Source: Actinobacillus vicugnae
GTDB taxonomy: Bacteria > Pseudomonadota > Gammaproteobacteria > Enterobacterales > Pasteurellaceae
Direction: 5' to 3'
DNA: 64,000 nt
Assembly (NCBI RefSeq): GCF_901687125.1
Contig: NZ_CABFJY010000033.1
Coordinates: 48,101-112,100, forward strand
Shown here: positions 43,972-54,191 of the stretch, piece by piece
Position numbering within the stretch: position 1 is the first letter of the stretch
Layout: each line of letters begins with the position of its first letter
The notes under the pieces: generated by a model
Seen by the model: the letters and a program-made list of their open reading frames with translations, nothing else
The model's database searches: none
What the model was told of the DNA's origin: nothing
Position numbers and translations under genes: made by a program

Positions 43972-44928
43972 ATGAAAAAAACACCTTATATTCCTTCTTC
44001 AGATTTAAAAACAATTTTACATTCTAAACGTGCAAATATTTATTATTTAGAACATTGTCGAATCTTGTTGAACGGGGGGCGAGTTGAATATGTTACAGAT
44101 CAGGGAAGCGAGTCACTTTATTGGAATATTCCTATTGCAAATACTACTTGTCTGCTATTAGGAAGCGGAACATCTGTCACGCAAGCAGCTATGCGTGAAT
44201 TATCCAAAGCAGGAGTGATGGTTGGCTTTTGTAGCGGCGGAGGTACACCACTATTCAATAGCACAGAAGCCGAAATTGGTTGTGATTTTTTTAGCCTTCA
44301 AAGTGAATATCGTCCTGTCGAATACCTACAGCAATGGTGTCAATTTTGGTTTGATAACGATAAGCGGTTAAATTCGGCAAAAACATTGCAATTACTTCGT
44401 TTACAATTACTGCTCCGTACATGGAATAAATTTGATTGGGAATATTCTCAAACAAAACTTACGGAGCTAGTACAGCAATATCAAGCAGAATTTACTCAAG
44501 CAAAAGATAGTCAATCGCTATTAGCCGCAGAAGGGCGTTTAACCGCTAAGTTATATGCATTAGCCAATCAGGCAACAGTTAATGACGAAGATTTTAAAAG
44601 AGAAAGTGGAAAAGAAGGTGCAAATCAATTTTTAGATCATGGAAATTATTTAGCTTACGGACTCGGTGCAACAGCTTGTTGGGTATTAGGTTTATCGCAT
44701 GGATTAGCGGTATTACATGGAAAAACGCGTCGCGGAGGATTAGTATTTGATGCGGCAGATATTATTAAAGATGCTATGATTCTACTTCAAGCATTTATCT
44801 CTGCCCAAAATGGAGATAATGAAAAACAATTTCGTCAAACTTGTATTAATAATCTACTTCGGTTTGAAGCACTAGATATTATCATCAATACGCTTAAACA
44901 ATTAGCTGCTGAAGGCGCCAACTCATGA
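43972..44928 (+). CDS. cas1: CRISPR-associated endonuclease Cas1, subtype I-F
   Basis: …LKTILHSKRANIYYLEHCRILLNGGRVEYVTDQG…NIPIANTTCLLLGSGTSVTQAAMRELSKAGVMVGFCSGGGTPL…GLAVLHGKTRRGGLVFDAADIIKD… is collinear with Yersinia/Pseudomonas I-F Cas1. The AAGGAG SD is present and the stop overlaps the cas2/3 start (ATGA). Confidence 0.9.
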   Translation: MKKTPYIPSSDLKTILHSKRANIYYLEHCRILLNGGRVEYVTDQGSESLYWNIPIANTTCLLLGSGTSVTQAAMRELSKAGVMVGFCSGGGTPLFNSTEAEIGCDFFSLQSEYRPVEYLQQWCQFWFDNDKRLNSAKTLQLLRLQLLLRTWNKFDWEYSQTKLTELVQQYQAEFTQAKDSQSLLAAEGRLTAKLYALANQATVNDEDFKRESGKEGANQFLDHGNYLAYGLGATACWVLGLSHGLAVLHGKTRRGGLVFDAADIIKDAMILLQAFISAQNGDNEKQFRQTCINNLLRFEALDIIINTLKQLAAEGANS

Positions 44929-47900
44929 ATATTTTATTGATTAGCCAATGTCATAAAAATGCACTTACTGAAACAAGACGTATATTAGATCAATTTGCCG
45001 AGCGTTGTGGTGAACGCTGTTGGCAAACGGCAATTACCCAAGTTGGATTAGAAACCCTTCATTCGATGTTACGTCAAACCGCGCGCAAAAATACTGCTGT
45101 GGCGTGCTATTGGACACATGGCAAAAACTTAACTGAATTATTGTGGATTGTTGGCGATAAAAGCCAATTTAATACCGAAGGGCGAGTGCCAACTAATCGA
45201 ACTAAGCGGAATATCTTGCGTACCGAGGATGAAAACGGTTGGTTAAGTGCATATTCTATCCAAATCTTGACCGCTATTGCGGCATTGCTACATGATATTG
45301 GCAAAGCGAATCTCGCCTTCCAGCAAAAATTAAAACCTAAAGCGAAATTTTTCCCTGATTGTTATCGACATGAATGGATTTCTGCTCGCTTATTCGAAGC
45401 GATGATTGCAGGTTGTACAACAGATGAACAATGGCTCACCCGTTTAGCAAATTGGCAAGGCTATGTTGAATCTAATCCTCATTGGCTACCAAACCTCACA
45501 TTAAATGCCGACAAACATGATTTTCTGCATAATTTTTCTCATTTTCCACCGCTTGCAAAAGCGATTTTGTGGCTTATTCTTTCACATCACAAATTGCCTT
45601 TTACTCAAAAAACGCTCAATTGCCATCGTGATCAAGAACATATTCTAAGGGAACATTTTATAACCAAGACCGCAGTAGTTCCCTTCTATTGCTTTTTAGC
45701 ACCTGTAGAACATTGGGTGATGAATTATAGCGAGCATCCTCATCCAGAAAATTTTTGGCAATTTGCAACATTACCGATGGAAAGCAAATCTTGGCAAAAA
45801 GCAATGCAACGTTGGGCGAATAAGGCGCTTAATCATGCACCGTTGCGTGACCTATCTTTACTGAACCAAACAATTAACGATCCTTTTCTACTACTTTTAT
45901 CACGTTTGTGCTTAATTGTTGGCGATCATCATTACTCTTCTGTGCCAGCTGATCGCCAGTTAGGTGATATGCTTTTTTTTGAAAAATTAATTGCAAATAC
46001 CGATAGAAAAACGAAACATCCAAAACAAGCACTTGATGAACACTTACTTGGCGTTTGTAAAACCAGTGCAAAATTTGCCCGCTTGTTACCTAAATTATCG
46101 AAAGCATTACCAACTGTTCAGCAACATCGTCCGTTTATGAAACGGACAAATGTTGAGCGTTTTAAATGGCAAAATAAAGCATTTGAATTAGCTCAAACGT
46201 TACAAGTTGAAAGTGACCAAGCAGGCTTTTTCGGGGTAAATATGGCAAGTACAGGGCGAGGCAAAACGCTCGCTAACGCAAAAATCATGTATGGATTAAC
46301 AGCCCCTAAAAAAGGCGCTCGCTTCACTATTGCACTTGGTTTACGTGTATTAACCCTACAAACAGGTATCTCGCTTCGACAAAAGCTCATGCTGTCATCC
46401 GAACAACTTGCCGTTTTAGTTGGGGGAGCAGCTAATAGGGAATTATTTGAATTACAACATGAAGCTGAAATGGCAACGTATGGCAGTGAAAGCGCTCAAG
46501 CTTGGTTAAATGAAAATGAAATTTATGGCATGAATTTTACTGAAAATGGAATAGATAAAAATGCATTTGGTACAATCTTAGTCGATAAGAAGGCTCAATA
46601 ACTCCTCTACGCTCCCATTGTAAGCTGTACCTTAGATCATTTGGTTCAAGCAAGTGAAACCATTCGAGGAGGTAAACATATTGTCCCTACTTTACGTTTA
46701 CTCACGTTAGATCTTGTATTAGATGAACCCGATGATTTTAGCCAAAATGATCTACCTGCTCTCAGCCGTTTAGTACATTTAGCGGGTATGTTTGGTAGCA
46801 AGGTCTTATTGTCTTCCGCCACACTCACACCCGATCTGATTATTGGGCTGTTTAATGCTTATCAAGCAGGGCGAAAAATTTATAATCGTCATCAAGCTAT
46901 TAACACCGAATCGGCTATCTGTTGCGCTTGGTTTGATGAGTATAAACAGCAACAACAGCAATGCGCTACCGCCAATGATTTCGAACAGCTACATCACCAA
47001 TTTACCCTCGCACGAGCAGAAAAATTGGCACAAGCTCCTGTACGCCATAGAGCTGAAATTATCCAGCTCCCTGCACTTTCGTCTATAGAAAATCAAGGGC
47101 TGGATTACACTACACTCGGAAACACATTACTTGAGCACGCCATCACTTTACACCATAGATATGCCCAACAAGATTCGGTTTCTCAAAAATATGTGAGTAT
47201 TGGTCTTATCCGCTTTTCAAATATTAGACCGATGATCCCTTTAGCTAAAAGATTATTTAACCTGCCTTTAAATAGTCAATTTAGCCAGTATAAAATACAT
47301 TTATGTTGCTACCACTCTCGTCAGCTACTAATGCTACGCTCTGAACTAGAAGAAAAGCTAGATAGAATCTTAAATCGTAATGACCCTAACTTGCTTTTTT
47401 CTCAACCAGAAATTGCTAGCGCACTTATGCAAGATCAGGCTACTCATCATATCTTTATTGTATTAGGCAGCCCTGTAACAGAAGTTGGTAGAGATCACGA
47501 TTATGATTGGGCGATCGTTGATCCTTCTTCTATGCGATCTATCATTCAACTTGCAGGGCGGGTATGGCGACATCGTTCAGAAAAAATCGCAAACCAAGCT
47601 AATATTTTCCTATTACCAACCAATTGGAAAGGGCTAAAAAATCGAAATAAGGGTTTGGATCCTATTTTTTATCGCCCAGGTTTTGAAGATAAGAATAACA
47701 AATTAGCAAGTCACAAAACTGTTGATTTAATTCATCCTGAGCATTTAGATCAGATAAATGCCATTCCTCGCATCATAAAAGCAGAGAGATTACAGCCACA
47801 AAACAATTTGGCGGATTTAGAACATAACGTTATTGCAGATTTATTAAACAATAAAGAAATTAATCGAGTAAATGCCTATTGGAAAGACGATTTAACCAAT

Positions 47901-48281
47901 AGGATAAATGCTAATTTGCCACTTATCACTCCGTTTAGGAGAAATGAAGGACAATGGCAAACAGATATAGTGTGCTTGCCAAGTGAACAAAATGAATGGG
48001 GATTTATCTTTAAAACGAAAGAAAAAGCTTGGGAAAACCCGAATGACGAAAGTAATTATTTACCTGAAATCCGCTACCAAAAACTGGAAAATCGCTCTCC
48101 ATGGGTCACACCATGGCTTACAACACCTTTAAATCAAGCACTTACCCAACTAGGGGAACAACTTGACGAACAGGATCTCATTCAGGTCGCACTACGTTTT
48201 GCAACAATTTCGCTCCAACATTACGGTAAAGAATTACCTATTTGGCGATTTAATGAAAGCTTAGGCTTTTGGCAGGAGTAG
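44925..48281 (+). pseudogene. cas3: cas2/3 (Cas2-Cas3 fusion, subtype I-F) interrupted by one in-frame TAA at 46599..46601
   Basis: Track ORFs 44925..46601 and 46641..48281 are in the same frame (both ≡0 mod 3). Translating through the TAA gives …VDKKAQ*LLYAPIVSCTLDHLVQASETIRGGKHIVPTLRLL…, which aligns without a gap to the I-F Cas2/3 helicase region. The Cas2 N-terminus, HD motifs (HDIGK, SHHK, GDHHYSS), Walker A (ASTGRGKTL) and DExD (LDEPDD) are all intact. Confidence 0.85.
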
Positions 48282-48369
48282 TAAGCGGTCACATTTGCTT
48301 AAAATTTTGCATATCTTATCGATAAAAAAAAGGATAGAATTCTGAAGTTGTTATTTTGTGAGTAGAAAG

Positions 48370-49257
48370 ATGAAATCCCCAAAACGATTTTTTGAATGTA
48401 TTGCGATTGTAGGTAAACCTCGCCATGATATTGCCTTAGAGACACATTTGGCAGTTTATAATTGGCTAAAAGATCGCCATTACAGCGTATTATTAGAAAA
48501 AAATATCGCCCAACAACTAAACCTCCCTGATGGCAAAACTTTAGATGAAATTGGTCAGCAGGCTAATTTAGTAATTGTGATAGGCGGTGACGGAAATATG
48601 CTTGGAATGGCGCGCCAATTGGCTAAATATCGTATTCCACTGATTGGTATTAATCGTGGAAATTTAGGTTTCCTGACCGATATTGCACCACAATCTGCTT
48701 TCGAACAGTTGCACAATTGTATTGAGCGTGGTGAATATGTAATTGAAGAACGTTTCTTGCTTGAAGCCCGTATTGAACGTAACGGTAAAATTATTGCGAG
48801 CAATAATGCGCTAAATGAAGTGGTGATTCATCCCTCACAAGTAGCGAGAATTATTGAATTTGAAGTTTATATTGATGGCAAATTTGCTTTTTCACAACGT
48901 TCAGACGGGCTAATTATTAGCACGCCAACGGGTTCAACTGCTTATTCATTATCTGCTGGCGGACCAATTTTAACGCCAAATATGAATGCAATCGCACTGG
49001 TGCCAATGCATCCCCACACGCTTTCTTCTCGACCGCTAGTTATTGATGGCGATAGCCAAATTTCTTTGCGCTTTGCTCAACATAATCAACCTAGCCTAGA
49101 AGTGAGTTGTGATGGTCAATACGATATGCCGTTTACACCTGAAGATCGTATCATCGTCACCAAAAGCCCTGACCCACTACATTTATTGCATCTAAAAGAT
49201 TATAACTATTTCACCGTGCTAGGCTCTAAACTAGGTTGGTCTAGCAAACTATTTTAA
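48370..49257 (+). CDS. nadK: NAD+ kinase
   Basis: …[11 protein letters not shown]…GGDGNMLG…[10 protein letters not shown]… is collinear with E. coli NadK. The ATG at 48370 is preferred over the GTG at 48358. Confidence 0.9.
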   Translation: MKSPKRFFECIAIVGKPRHDIALETHLAVYNWLKDRHYSVLLEKNIAQQLNLPDGKTLDEIGQQANLVIVIGGDGNMLGMARQLAKYRIPLIGINRGNLGFLTDIAPQSAFEQLHNCIERGEYVIEERFLLEARIERNGKIIASNNALNEVVIHPSQVARIIEFEVYIDGKFAFSQRSDGLIISTPTGSTAYSLSAGGPILTPNMNAIALVPMHPHTLSSRPLVIDGDSQISLRFAQHNQPSLEVSCDGQYDMPFTPEDRIIVTKSPDPLHLLHLKDYNYFTVLGSKLGWSSKLF

Positions 49258-49426
49258 ATATCGCATTCATACCAAGCGGTTAAATTTTGTAGAAGTTAAG
49301 GAAAATTTAACCGCTTGTTGGTTCGATAAATCTTTTTCATGATTAGCACAAATTAATATGCAATAGTTGTGATAAAAAAAGACTATCTTAGTACACAATA
49401 AATGTGTAGAATGCTTACATTCTCTA

Positions 49427-49446
49427 TTGCGCAAACGTTTGCGCAA
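49427..49446 (+). promoter_or_regulatory. PurR operator (PUR box) upstream of glyA
   Basis: TTGCGCAAACGTTTGCGCAA is a perfect 20-bp palindrome whose core CGCAAACGTTTGCG equals the PurR consensus. It is 32 bp upstream of the glyA ATG. Confidence 0.6.
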
Positions 49447-49477
49447 TTTTATTTACTAGCACACAGAGGACCTTCAT

Positions 49478-50743
49478 ATGTTTACAGCAAACATGAATAT
49501 TCAAGACTACGACCCTATTTTATGGCAAGCAATTGAAGACGAGAATCGTCGCCAAGAAGAGCATATTGAGTTAATTGCGTCAGAAAACTATGCAAGTCCT
49601 CGAGTGATGCAAGCGCAAGGTTCACAATTTACTAATAAATACGCTGAAGGCTATCCAGGCAAACGTTATTATGGCGGTTGTGAATATGCTGATGTCGTTG
49701 AGCAATTAGCAATTGATCGAGCGAAACAACTATTTGGTGCAGATTATGTGAATGTGCAGCCACACTCTGGCTCACAAGCTAATGCTGCCGTATATGGTGC
49801 ATTAATTCAGCCAAATGATACCATTTTAGGTATGGATTTAGCGCACGGTGGTCACTTAACACATGGTGCAAAAGTAAGTTTTTCAGGCAAAATTTATAAT
49901 TCTGTGCTATACGGTATTACGGCTGAAGGCTTAATTGATTATGAAGACGTGCGCCAAAAAGCGCTTGAATGTAAACCCAAAATGATTGTGGCGGGCTTCT
50001 CTGCGTATTCACAAATCGTAGATTGGGCAAAAATGCGTGAAATCGCCGATGAAGTTGGTGCTTACTTATTTGTAGATATGGCGCACGTTGCAGGTCTAAT
50101 TGCAGCAGGTTTATACCCCAATCCATTACCACATGCGCACGTTGTTACCACAACAACCCACAAAACATTAGGAGGCCCTCGTGGCGGTTTAATTCTTTCA
50201 GCTTGTGGCGATGAAGAAATTTATAAGAAACTACAATCATCAGTATTCCCAGCGAATCAAGGTGGCCCGTTAGTACATATTATTGCAGCAAAAGCAGTTT
50301 GTTTTAAAGAAGCATTAGAGCCTGAATATAAAGTGTATCAGCAAAATGTGATTAAAAATGCTAAAGCAATGGTGGAAGTATTTAAACAACGTGGCTATGA
50401 CGTGGTATCTAACGGTACTGAAAACCATTTATTCTTAGTCAGCTTTATTAAACAAGGCAAAACAGGCAAAGCTGCTGATGCAGCATTAGGTAAAGCGAAT
50501 ATCACAGTAAATAAAAATGCGGTGCCAAACGATCCTCAAAAACCATTTATCACTTCTGGTATTCGTGTCGGTACCCCATCTGTCACTCGTCGTGGCTTTA
50601 ATGAAGCGGACGTGCGTGAATTAGCAGGCTGGATGTGTGATGTACTAGATGCAATGGGTACAGAAAACGAAGAAAGCGTCATCGCCAAAACCAAAGAAAA
50701 AGTGTTAGCAATTTGCGCACGTTTACCGGTTTATCCAAATTGA
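49478..50743 (+). CDS. glyA: serine hydroxymethyltransferase
   Basis: …[21 protein letters not shown]… and the PLP-lysine region [14 protein letters not shown]. Confidence 0.95.
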   Translation: MFTANMNIQDYDPILWQAIEDENRRQEEHIELIASENYASPRVMQAQGSQFTNKYAEGYPGKRYYGGCEYADVVEQLAIDRAKQLFGADYVNVQPHSGSQANAAVYGALIQPNDTILGMDLAHGGHLTHGAKVSFSGKIYNSVLYGITAEGLIDYEDVRQKALECKPKMIVAGFSAYSQIVDWAKMREIADEVGAYLFVDMAHVAGLIAAGLYPNPLPHAHVVTTTTHKTLGGPRGGLILSACGDEEIYKKLQSSVFPANQGGPLVHIIAAKAVCFKEALEPEYKVYQQNVIKNAKAMVEVFKQRGYDVVSNGTENHLFLVSFIKQGKTGKAADAALGKANITVNKNAVPNDPQKPFITSGIRVGTPSVTRRGFNEADVRELAGWMCDVLDAMGTENEESVIAKTKEKVLAICARLPVYPN

Positions 50744-50745
50744 CA

Positions 50746-50930
50746 TCCTCCCCTGCTTAAAGGCAGGGGATTCCTACTAGCTCCCACGACTTTGTCGTGG
50801 GCTACTCTCGGTGGGTTCTTGTTGCTGATGGCTAATGCCATTCACTTCACAAGCTAACTGGACGTGTCCCGCCCTTAATACATTCATTGCTCCAACCACG
50901 TCCGCATTTTCACGCCAGCCACATTCCACA
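50746..50930 (-). ncRNA. Putative TnpB omega-RNA (reRNA) scaffold overlapping the tnpB 3' end and right end
   Basis: Inferred from the general architecture of IS200/IS605 TnpB loci together with the two stable hairpins at and just beyond the tnpB stop. The extent is not measurable from sequence alone. Confidence 0.3.
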
Positions 50931-52000
50931 CATTCAAATTTCGCCTGTGTTTGGCGATTTTCTTTGGCAATATGCCCACAACTCGGGCAAGTGCGACTGG
51001 TATTTTTCGGATTAACCGCAACTAAATAACCACCCTGCCAAGCGGATTTGTATTCCAACTGACGGCGGAACTCAAACCAACCCTGATCTAAAATCGAACG
51101 GTTTAATCCCGATTTTGGGGCAACATTTTTGCCCTGTTGCTCGGCTGTTCCTTTGGCTGATTTGCTCATATTCACCACCTGCAAATCTTCAATGAAGATC
51201 ATTGCGTGGTTTTTGCTGATTTCTGTTGAGATTTTATGCAAGTAGTCCTGACGAGCATTGCGGATTTTGTGATGGATTTTGCTGACTTTTGCTTTCTGTT
51301 TCAGCCAGTTTTGGCTAAATTTCACTTTTCGGCTTAATGATTGTTGTGCCTTTCTTAGGCTTTCTTGATGTTTTTTGAAACTGTTTAACGGTTCAAAAAA
51401 TTTGCCATTGGAGAGTGTCGCAAAACGTGCCACGCCCATATCTATGCCGATTTCTGAACCCTGATGTTGCGGTATTTCCTGTTCAAATTCCGTTTGAATG
51501 CTCACAAAAAATTTACCGCATTTTTTGCTTACGGTTACATTTTTAACTTCACCTACAATTTCACGGCTATTACGATAGCGAACCCAACCGATTTTTGGTA
51601 GATACAAGCGGTCATTTGTCTGCTCAATTTTGCAACCTTGCGGATAGCGAAAACTGTCTTTTACGCCTTTTTTCTTGAATTTAGGAAAGTCTGATCGCTT
51701 GCTGAAAAAGTTACGGTAAGCACTTTCTAAATCTTTAAGAGACTGTTGCAACACTTGGCTATGGCAGGCTTTCAACCACTCAAATTCTTTTTTCCATTGA
51801 GGCAAAAAGTTCGCTAATTTGGTGTAGCTAAATTTGATTTTCGGATCTTGTTCGTACGCCTGTTTTTGCCAATCCAACGCCTTATTAAACACAAAACGAG
51901 AACAACCACAAAATTGTGCAATTTTGCGTTGCTGTTCTCCATTTGGTCTAATTTCAAATTTAAAGGCTTTACGAATGAGCATAGGTATCCGATAATTCAA
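50777..52000 (-). CDS. tnpB: IS605-family transposase-accessory protein TnpB (OrfB; RNA-guided endonuclease, RuvC-like plus zinc finger)
   Basis: 407 aa. Zinc finger CPSCGH…CVECG. Typical OrfB N-terminal and central regions. Confidence 0.9.
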   Translation of the reverse strand: MNYRIPMLIRKAFKFEIRPNGEQQRKIAQFCGCSRFVFNKALDWQKQAYEQDPKIKFSYTKLANFLPQWKKEFEWLKACHSQVLQQSLKDLESAYRNFFSKRSDFPKFKKKGVKDSFRYPQGCKIEQTNDRLYLPKIGWVRYRNSREIVGEVKNVTVSKKCGKFFVSIQTEFEQEIPQHQGSEIGIDMGVARFATLSNGKFFEPLNSFKKHQESLRKAQQSLSRKVKFSQNWLKQKAKVSKIHHKIRNARQDYLHKISTEISKNHAMIFIEDLQVVNMSKSAKGTAEQQGKNVAPKSGLNRSILDQGWFEFRRQLEYKSAWQGGYLVAVNPKNTSRTCPSCGHIAKENRQTQAKFECVECGWRENADVVGAMNVLRAGHVQLACEVNGISHQQQEPTESSPRQSRGS

Positions 52001-52026
52001 ATTTTCAACAATTATACACTTGGTCT

Positions 52027-52443
52027 ATGGAAAAAGAAATGGATATTAGACGTGGTCGCCACGTTGTTTTTAATTTACATGTTCACTTAGTCTTCGTTAC
52101 CAAATATCGCAGACACGTTTTCACAAAAGCCATTCTTGATGATTTAAAACTGATTTTTGAGAATGTTTGTCGTGATTTTGAAGCTGAACTTGTCGAGTTT
52201 GACGGAGAAGACGATCACGTTCATTTGCTTGTGAATTACCCTCCCAAAGTCGCTATTTCAAATTTGGTGAATAGTCTGAAAGGTGTTTCAAGTCGAATGA
52301 TTAGACAGAAGAATTATCCCACAATTAAGCAAAAATTATGGGGAAATGCTCTGTGGTCTCCATCTTACTTTGCAGGAAGTTGCGGTGGTGCTCCTATCTC
52401 AATTATTCGCCAATACATCGAACAGCAAAAAACACCTGATTAG
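52027..52443 (+). CDS. tnpA: IS200/IS605-family Y1 (HuH) transposase TnpA
   Basis: 138 aa. HuH motif (HVHLVF / DHVHLLV) and the catalytic Tyr region. Confidence 0.9.
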   Translation: MEKEMDIRRGRHVVFNLHVHLVFVTKYRRHVFTKAILDDLKLIFENVCRDFEAELVEFDGEDDHVHLLVNYPPKVAISNLVNSLKGVSSRMIRQKNYPTIKQKLWGNALWSPSYFAGSCGGAPISIIRQYIEQQKTPD

Positions 52444-52607
52444 TTAGAGCCGCCTTATATCCCTGCCCTAAACGGCAGGGTTTTATGGCGGAGATTGATA
52501 AAACCTATCTTAATCAAGAAGTCCTGCTTAGGGCTTCTTTTTCTGCTTTATCTTTTACAATATTCAATTTGAGCTTTTCACTTCTTAAGATTTGATTAAT
52601 CTTTTTT

Positions 52608-52640
52608 TGATATAATGCATACGTTGGCAAACAATGCCAA
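52608..52640 (+). promoter_or_regulatory. ygiW promoter region: extended -10 (TGATATAAT, 52608..52616) and palindrome TTGGCA-aacaa-TGCCAA (52624..52640)
   Basis: Seen directly. The palindrome is a candidate operator, possibly for QseB. Confidence 0.35.
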
Positions 52641-52685
52641 ACTATTTTATTTTTTATTTAACGACTTTTTATTCGGAGCAAATTT

Positions 52686-53060
52686 ATGAAAAAATCAGCT
52701 ATTTTAAGCACTATTTTATTCCTCTCAGCGCCAGTATTCGCTGGTTTTCAAGATAACAATGCAACAGCAAATCAAGGTGGCTTTAGTGGCAAAGGAGCAA
52801 AAACAGCTCCGACAACCGTTGCACAAGCCCACAAAGCGTGGGACGATACGCCAGTAACTCTCACGGGTTATATTACGAAGCAAATTGATCATGATGAATT
52901 CTATTTCAAAGATGCTACAGGAGAGATCAAAATCGAAGTAGAAGATCACGCTTGGAATGGGCAAAACATCACTCCAAAAGATAAAATAACTATCCAAGGC
53001 AAAGTGGATAAAAACGATTCGGGTAAATCAACAATCGACGTATATCACATTAAAAAATAA
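52686..53060 (+). CDS. ygiW: YgiW/YdeI (BOF, OB-fold) periplasmic stress protein
   Basis: Signal peptide. …VAQAHKAWDDTPVTLTGYITKQIDHDEFYFKDATGEIKIEVEDHAWNGQNITPKDKITIQGKVDKN… matches the YgiW family. Confidence 0.75.
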   Translation: MKKSAILSTILFLSAPVFAGFQDNNATANQGGFSGKGAKTAPTTVAQAHKAWDDTPVTLTGYITKQIDHDEFYFKDATGEIKIEVEDHAWNGQNITPKDKITIQGKVDKNDSGKSTIDVYHIKK

Positions 53061-53083
53061 TTTTAGTTTTCTGGGAGTTTAAG

Positions 53084-53443
53084 ATGAAAAAACTAACAAT
53101 TATCTCAACATTAATCGCAACAACCTTATTAGTAGCTTGCTCTACCCCACCTGTTCAAAATCAAACTTTCGGGGCTAATCGCACCAATGCTGTAACAGTT
53201 GCACAAGCAAAATCGTTACATGACGATAGCCGTGTAAGCTTAGAAGGCAAAATTCTGCGCCAAGTAGATCATGATGAATATATTTTTGCAGATAGCACAG
53301 GCGATATTAAAATCGAAATTGATGATCACGTTTGGAATGGTTTAAACGTAACACCAAATGATAACATTCGTATTCAAGGTAAATTAGATAAAGAAACCTT
53401 CCATTCATCAATTGATGTCTACACGATCGAAAAAGTACAATAA
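53084..53443 (+). CDS. second YgiW/BOF-family paralogue (lipoprotein-type signal LVACS)
   Basis: …VAQAKSLHDDSRVSLEGKILRQVDHDEYIFADSTGDIKIEIDDHVWNGLNVTPNDNIRIQGKLDK… is a tandem paralogue of the previous gene. Confidence 0.75.
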   Translation: MKKLTIISTLIATTLLVACSTPPVQNQTFGANRTNAVTVAQAKSLHDDSRVSLEGKILRQVDHDEYIFADSTGDIKIEIDDHVWNGLNVTPNDNIRIQGKLDKETFHSSIDVYTIEKVQ

Positions 53444-53456
53444 TCTCTCCTCTCTC

Positions 53457-53510
53457 ACAAGCGGTTGAATTCTGCAAAATTTTTGCAAAAATCGACCGCT
53501 TATTTGTTTT
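53457..53510 (+). terminator. Inverted USS pair with AATTCTGCAAAATTTTTGCAAAAAT spacer
   Basis: ACAAGCGGTTGAAT…ATCGACCGCTTATTTGTTTT. Confidence 0.5.
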
Positions 53511-53525
53511 AATGAAAGGATAAAA

Positions 53526-54191
53526 ATGCGCATATTGCTTATTGAAGACGACCGATTAATAGGTGAAGGTTTAAAACTTGGCTTAACTAAACAGCAATTT
53601 GTAGTCGATTGGTTTCAAGACGGCAAACAAGGCTTTGAAGCGTTATTTGTTACACAATATGATGCAGTCGTTTTAGATCTCAGCCTGCCAAAAATGGATG
53701 GCTTAGATATATTGAAACGCTGGCGCAAAGAAAATCAGGATATTCCCGTACTGATTCTCACTGCCCGTGATACGTTAGACGAACGTATTCTCGGCTTTAA
53801 TTCGGGGGCGGATGATTATTTGTGTAAACCTTTTGCATTAATGGAAGTAGTAGTACGCTTACAAGCACTGATCCGCCGTCGTTACCGACAAAGCTCCAGC
53901 GAAATTGTTATCGGCAATTTACACATTGATAACAACACGCACAGCGTAACTTTGGCTGATAAAGCCGTGATTTTAACTGCTAAAGAATTTCAATTATTAC
54001 AGCTATTTGTAAGCAATAAGGATAAAGTCTTAACCCGCTCATCTATTGAAGAGAAATTATATAGCTGGGATAACGATGTGGGTAGTAATACGCTTGAGGT
54101 TTATATTCATAATTTACGCAAAAAACTTGGAAAAAGCTGGATTAAAACCGTACATGGAGTCGGCTATCGTTTAGGGAATGAATATGATTAA
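53526..54191 (+). CDS. qseB: OmpR-family response regulator (QseB/FirR/BasR-like)
   Basis: Receiver domain (MRILLIEDD…DAVVLDLSLPKMDG) plus a winged-helix C-terminus. It lies downstream of ygiW, as in the Aggregatibacter/Haemophilus ygiW-qseBC locus. Confidence 0.8.
   Translation: MRILLIEDDRLIGEGLKLGLTKQQFVVDWFQDGKQGFEALFVTQYDAVVLDLSLPKMDGLDILKRWRKENQDIPVLILTARDTLDERILGFNSGADDYLCKPFALMEVVVRLQALIRRRYRQSSSEIVIGNLHIDNNTHSVTLADKAVILTAKEFQLLQLFVSNKDKVLTRSSIEEKLYSWDNDVGSNTLEVYIHNLRKKLGKSWIKTVHGVGYRLGNEYD

Larger units (their letters stand above)
50746..52500. mobile_element. IS200/IS605-family insertion sequence (divergent tnpB and tnpA), inserted 3 nt after the glyA stop
   Basis: Subterminal hairpins occur at both ends: CCCCTGC-ttaaa-GCAGGGG (50750..50769) and CCCACGAC-ttt-GTCGTGGG (50783..50801) at the tnpB end, and nested CCGCC…CCCTGCC-ctaaac-GGCAGGG…GGCGG (52449..52490) at the tnpA end. 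The boundaries are approximate (±20 bp). Confidence 0.75.

Noticed and set aside
44925-48281. Track ORFs 44925..46601 and 46641..48281 treated as two separate genes, the second with a TTG start
   Set aside because: They share one reading frame, and the 13 intervening codons continue the Cas3 alignment. This is one cas2/3 with a single nonsense codon.
43972-48281. Prophage or integrative element carrying the cas genes
   Set aside because: No integrase, tRNA or direct repeats flank the locus. It sits cleanly between thrS and nadK.
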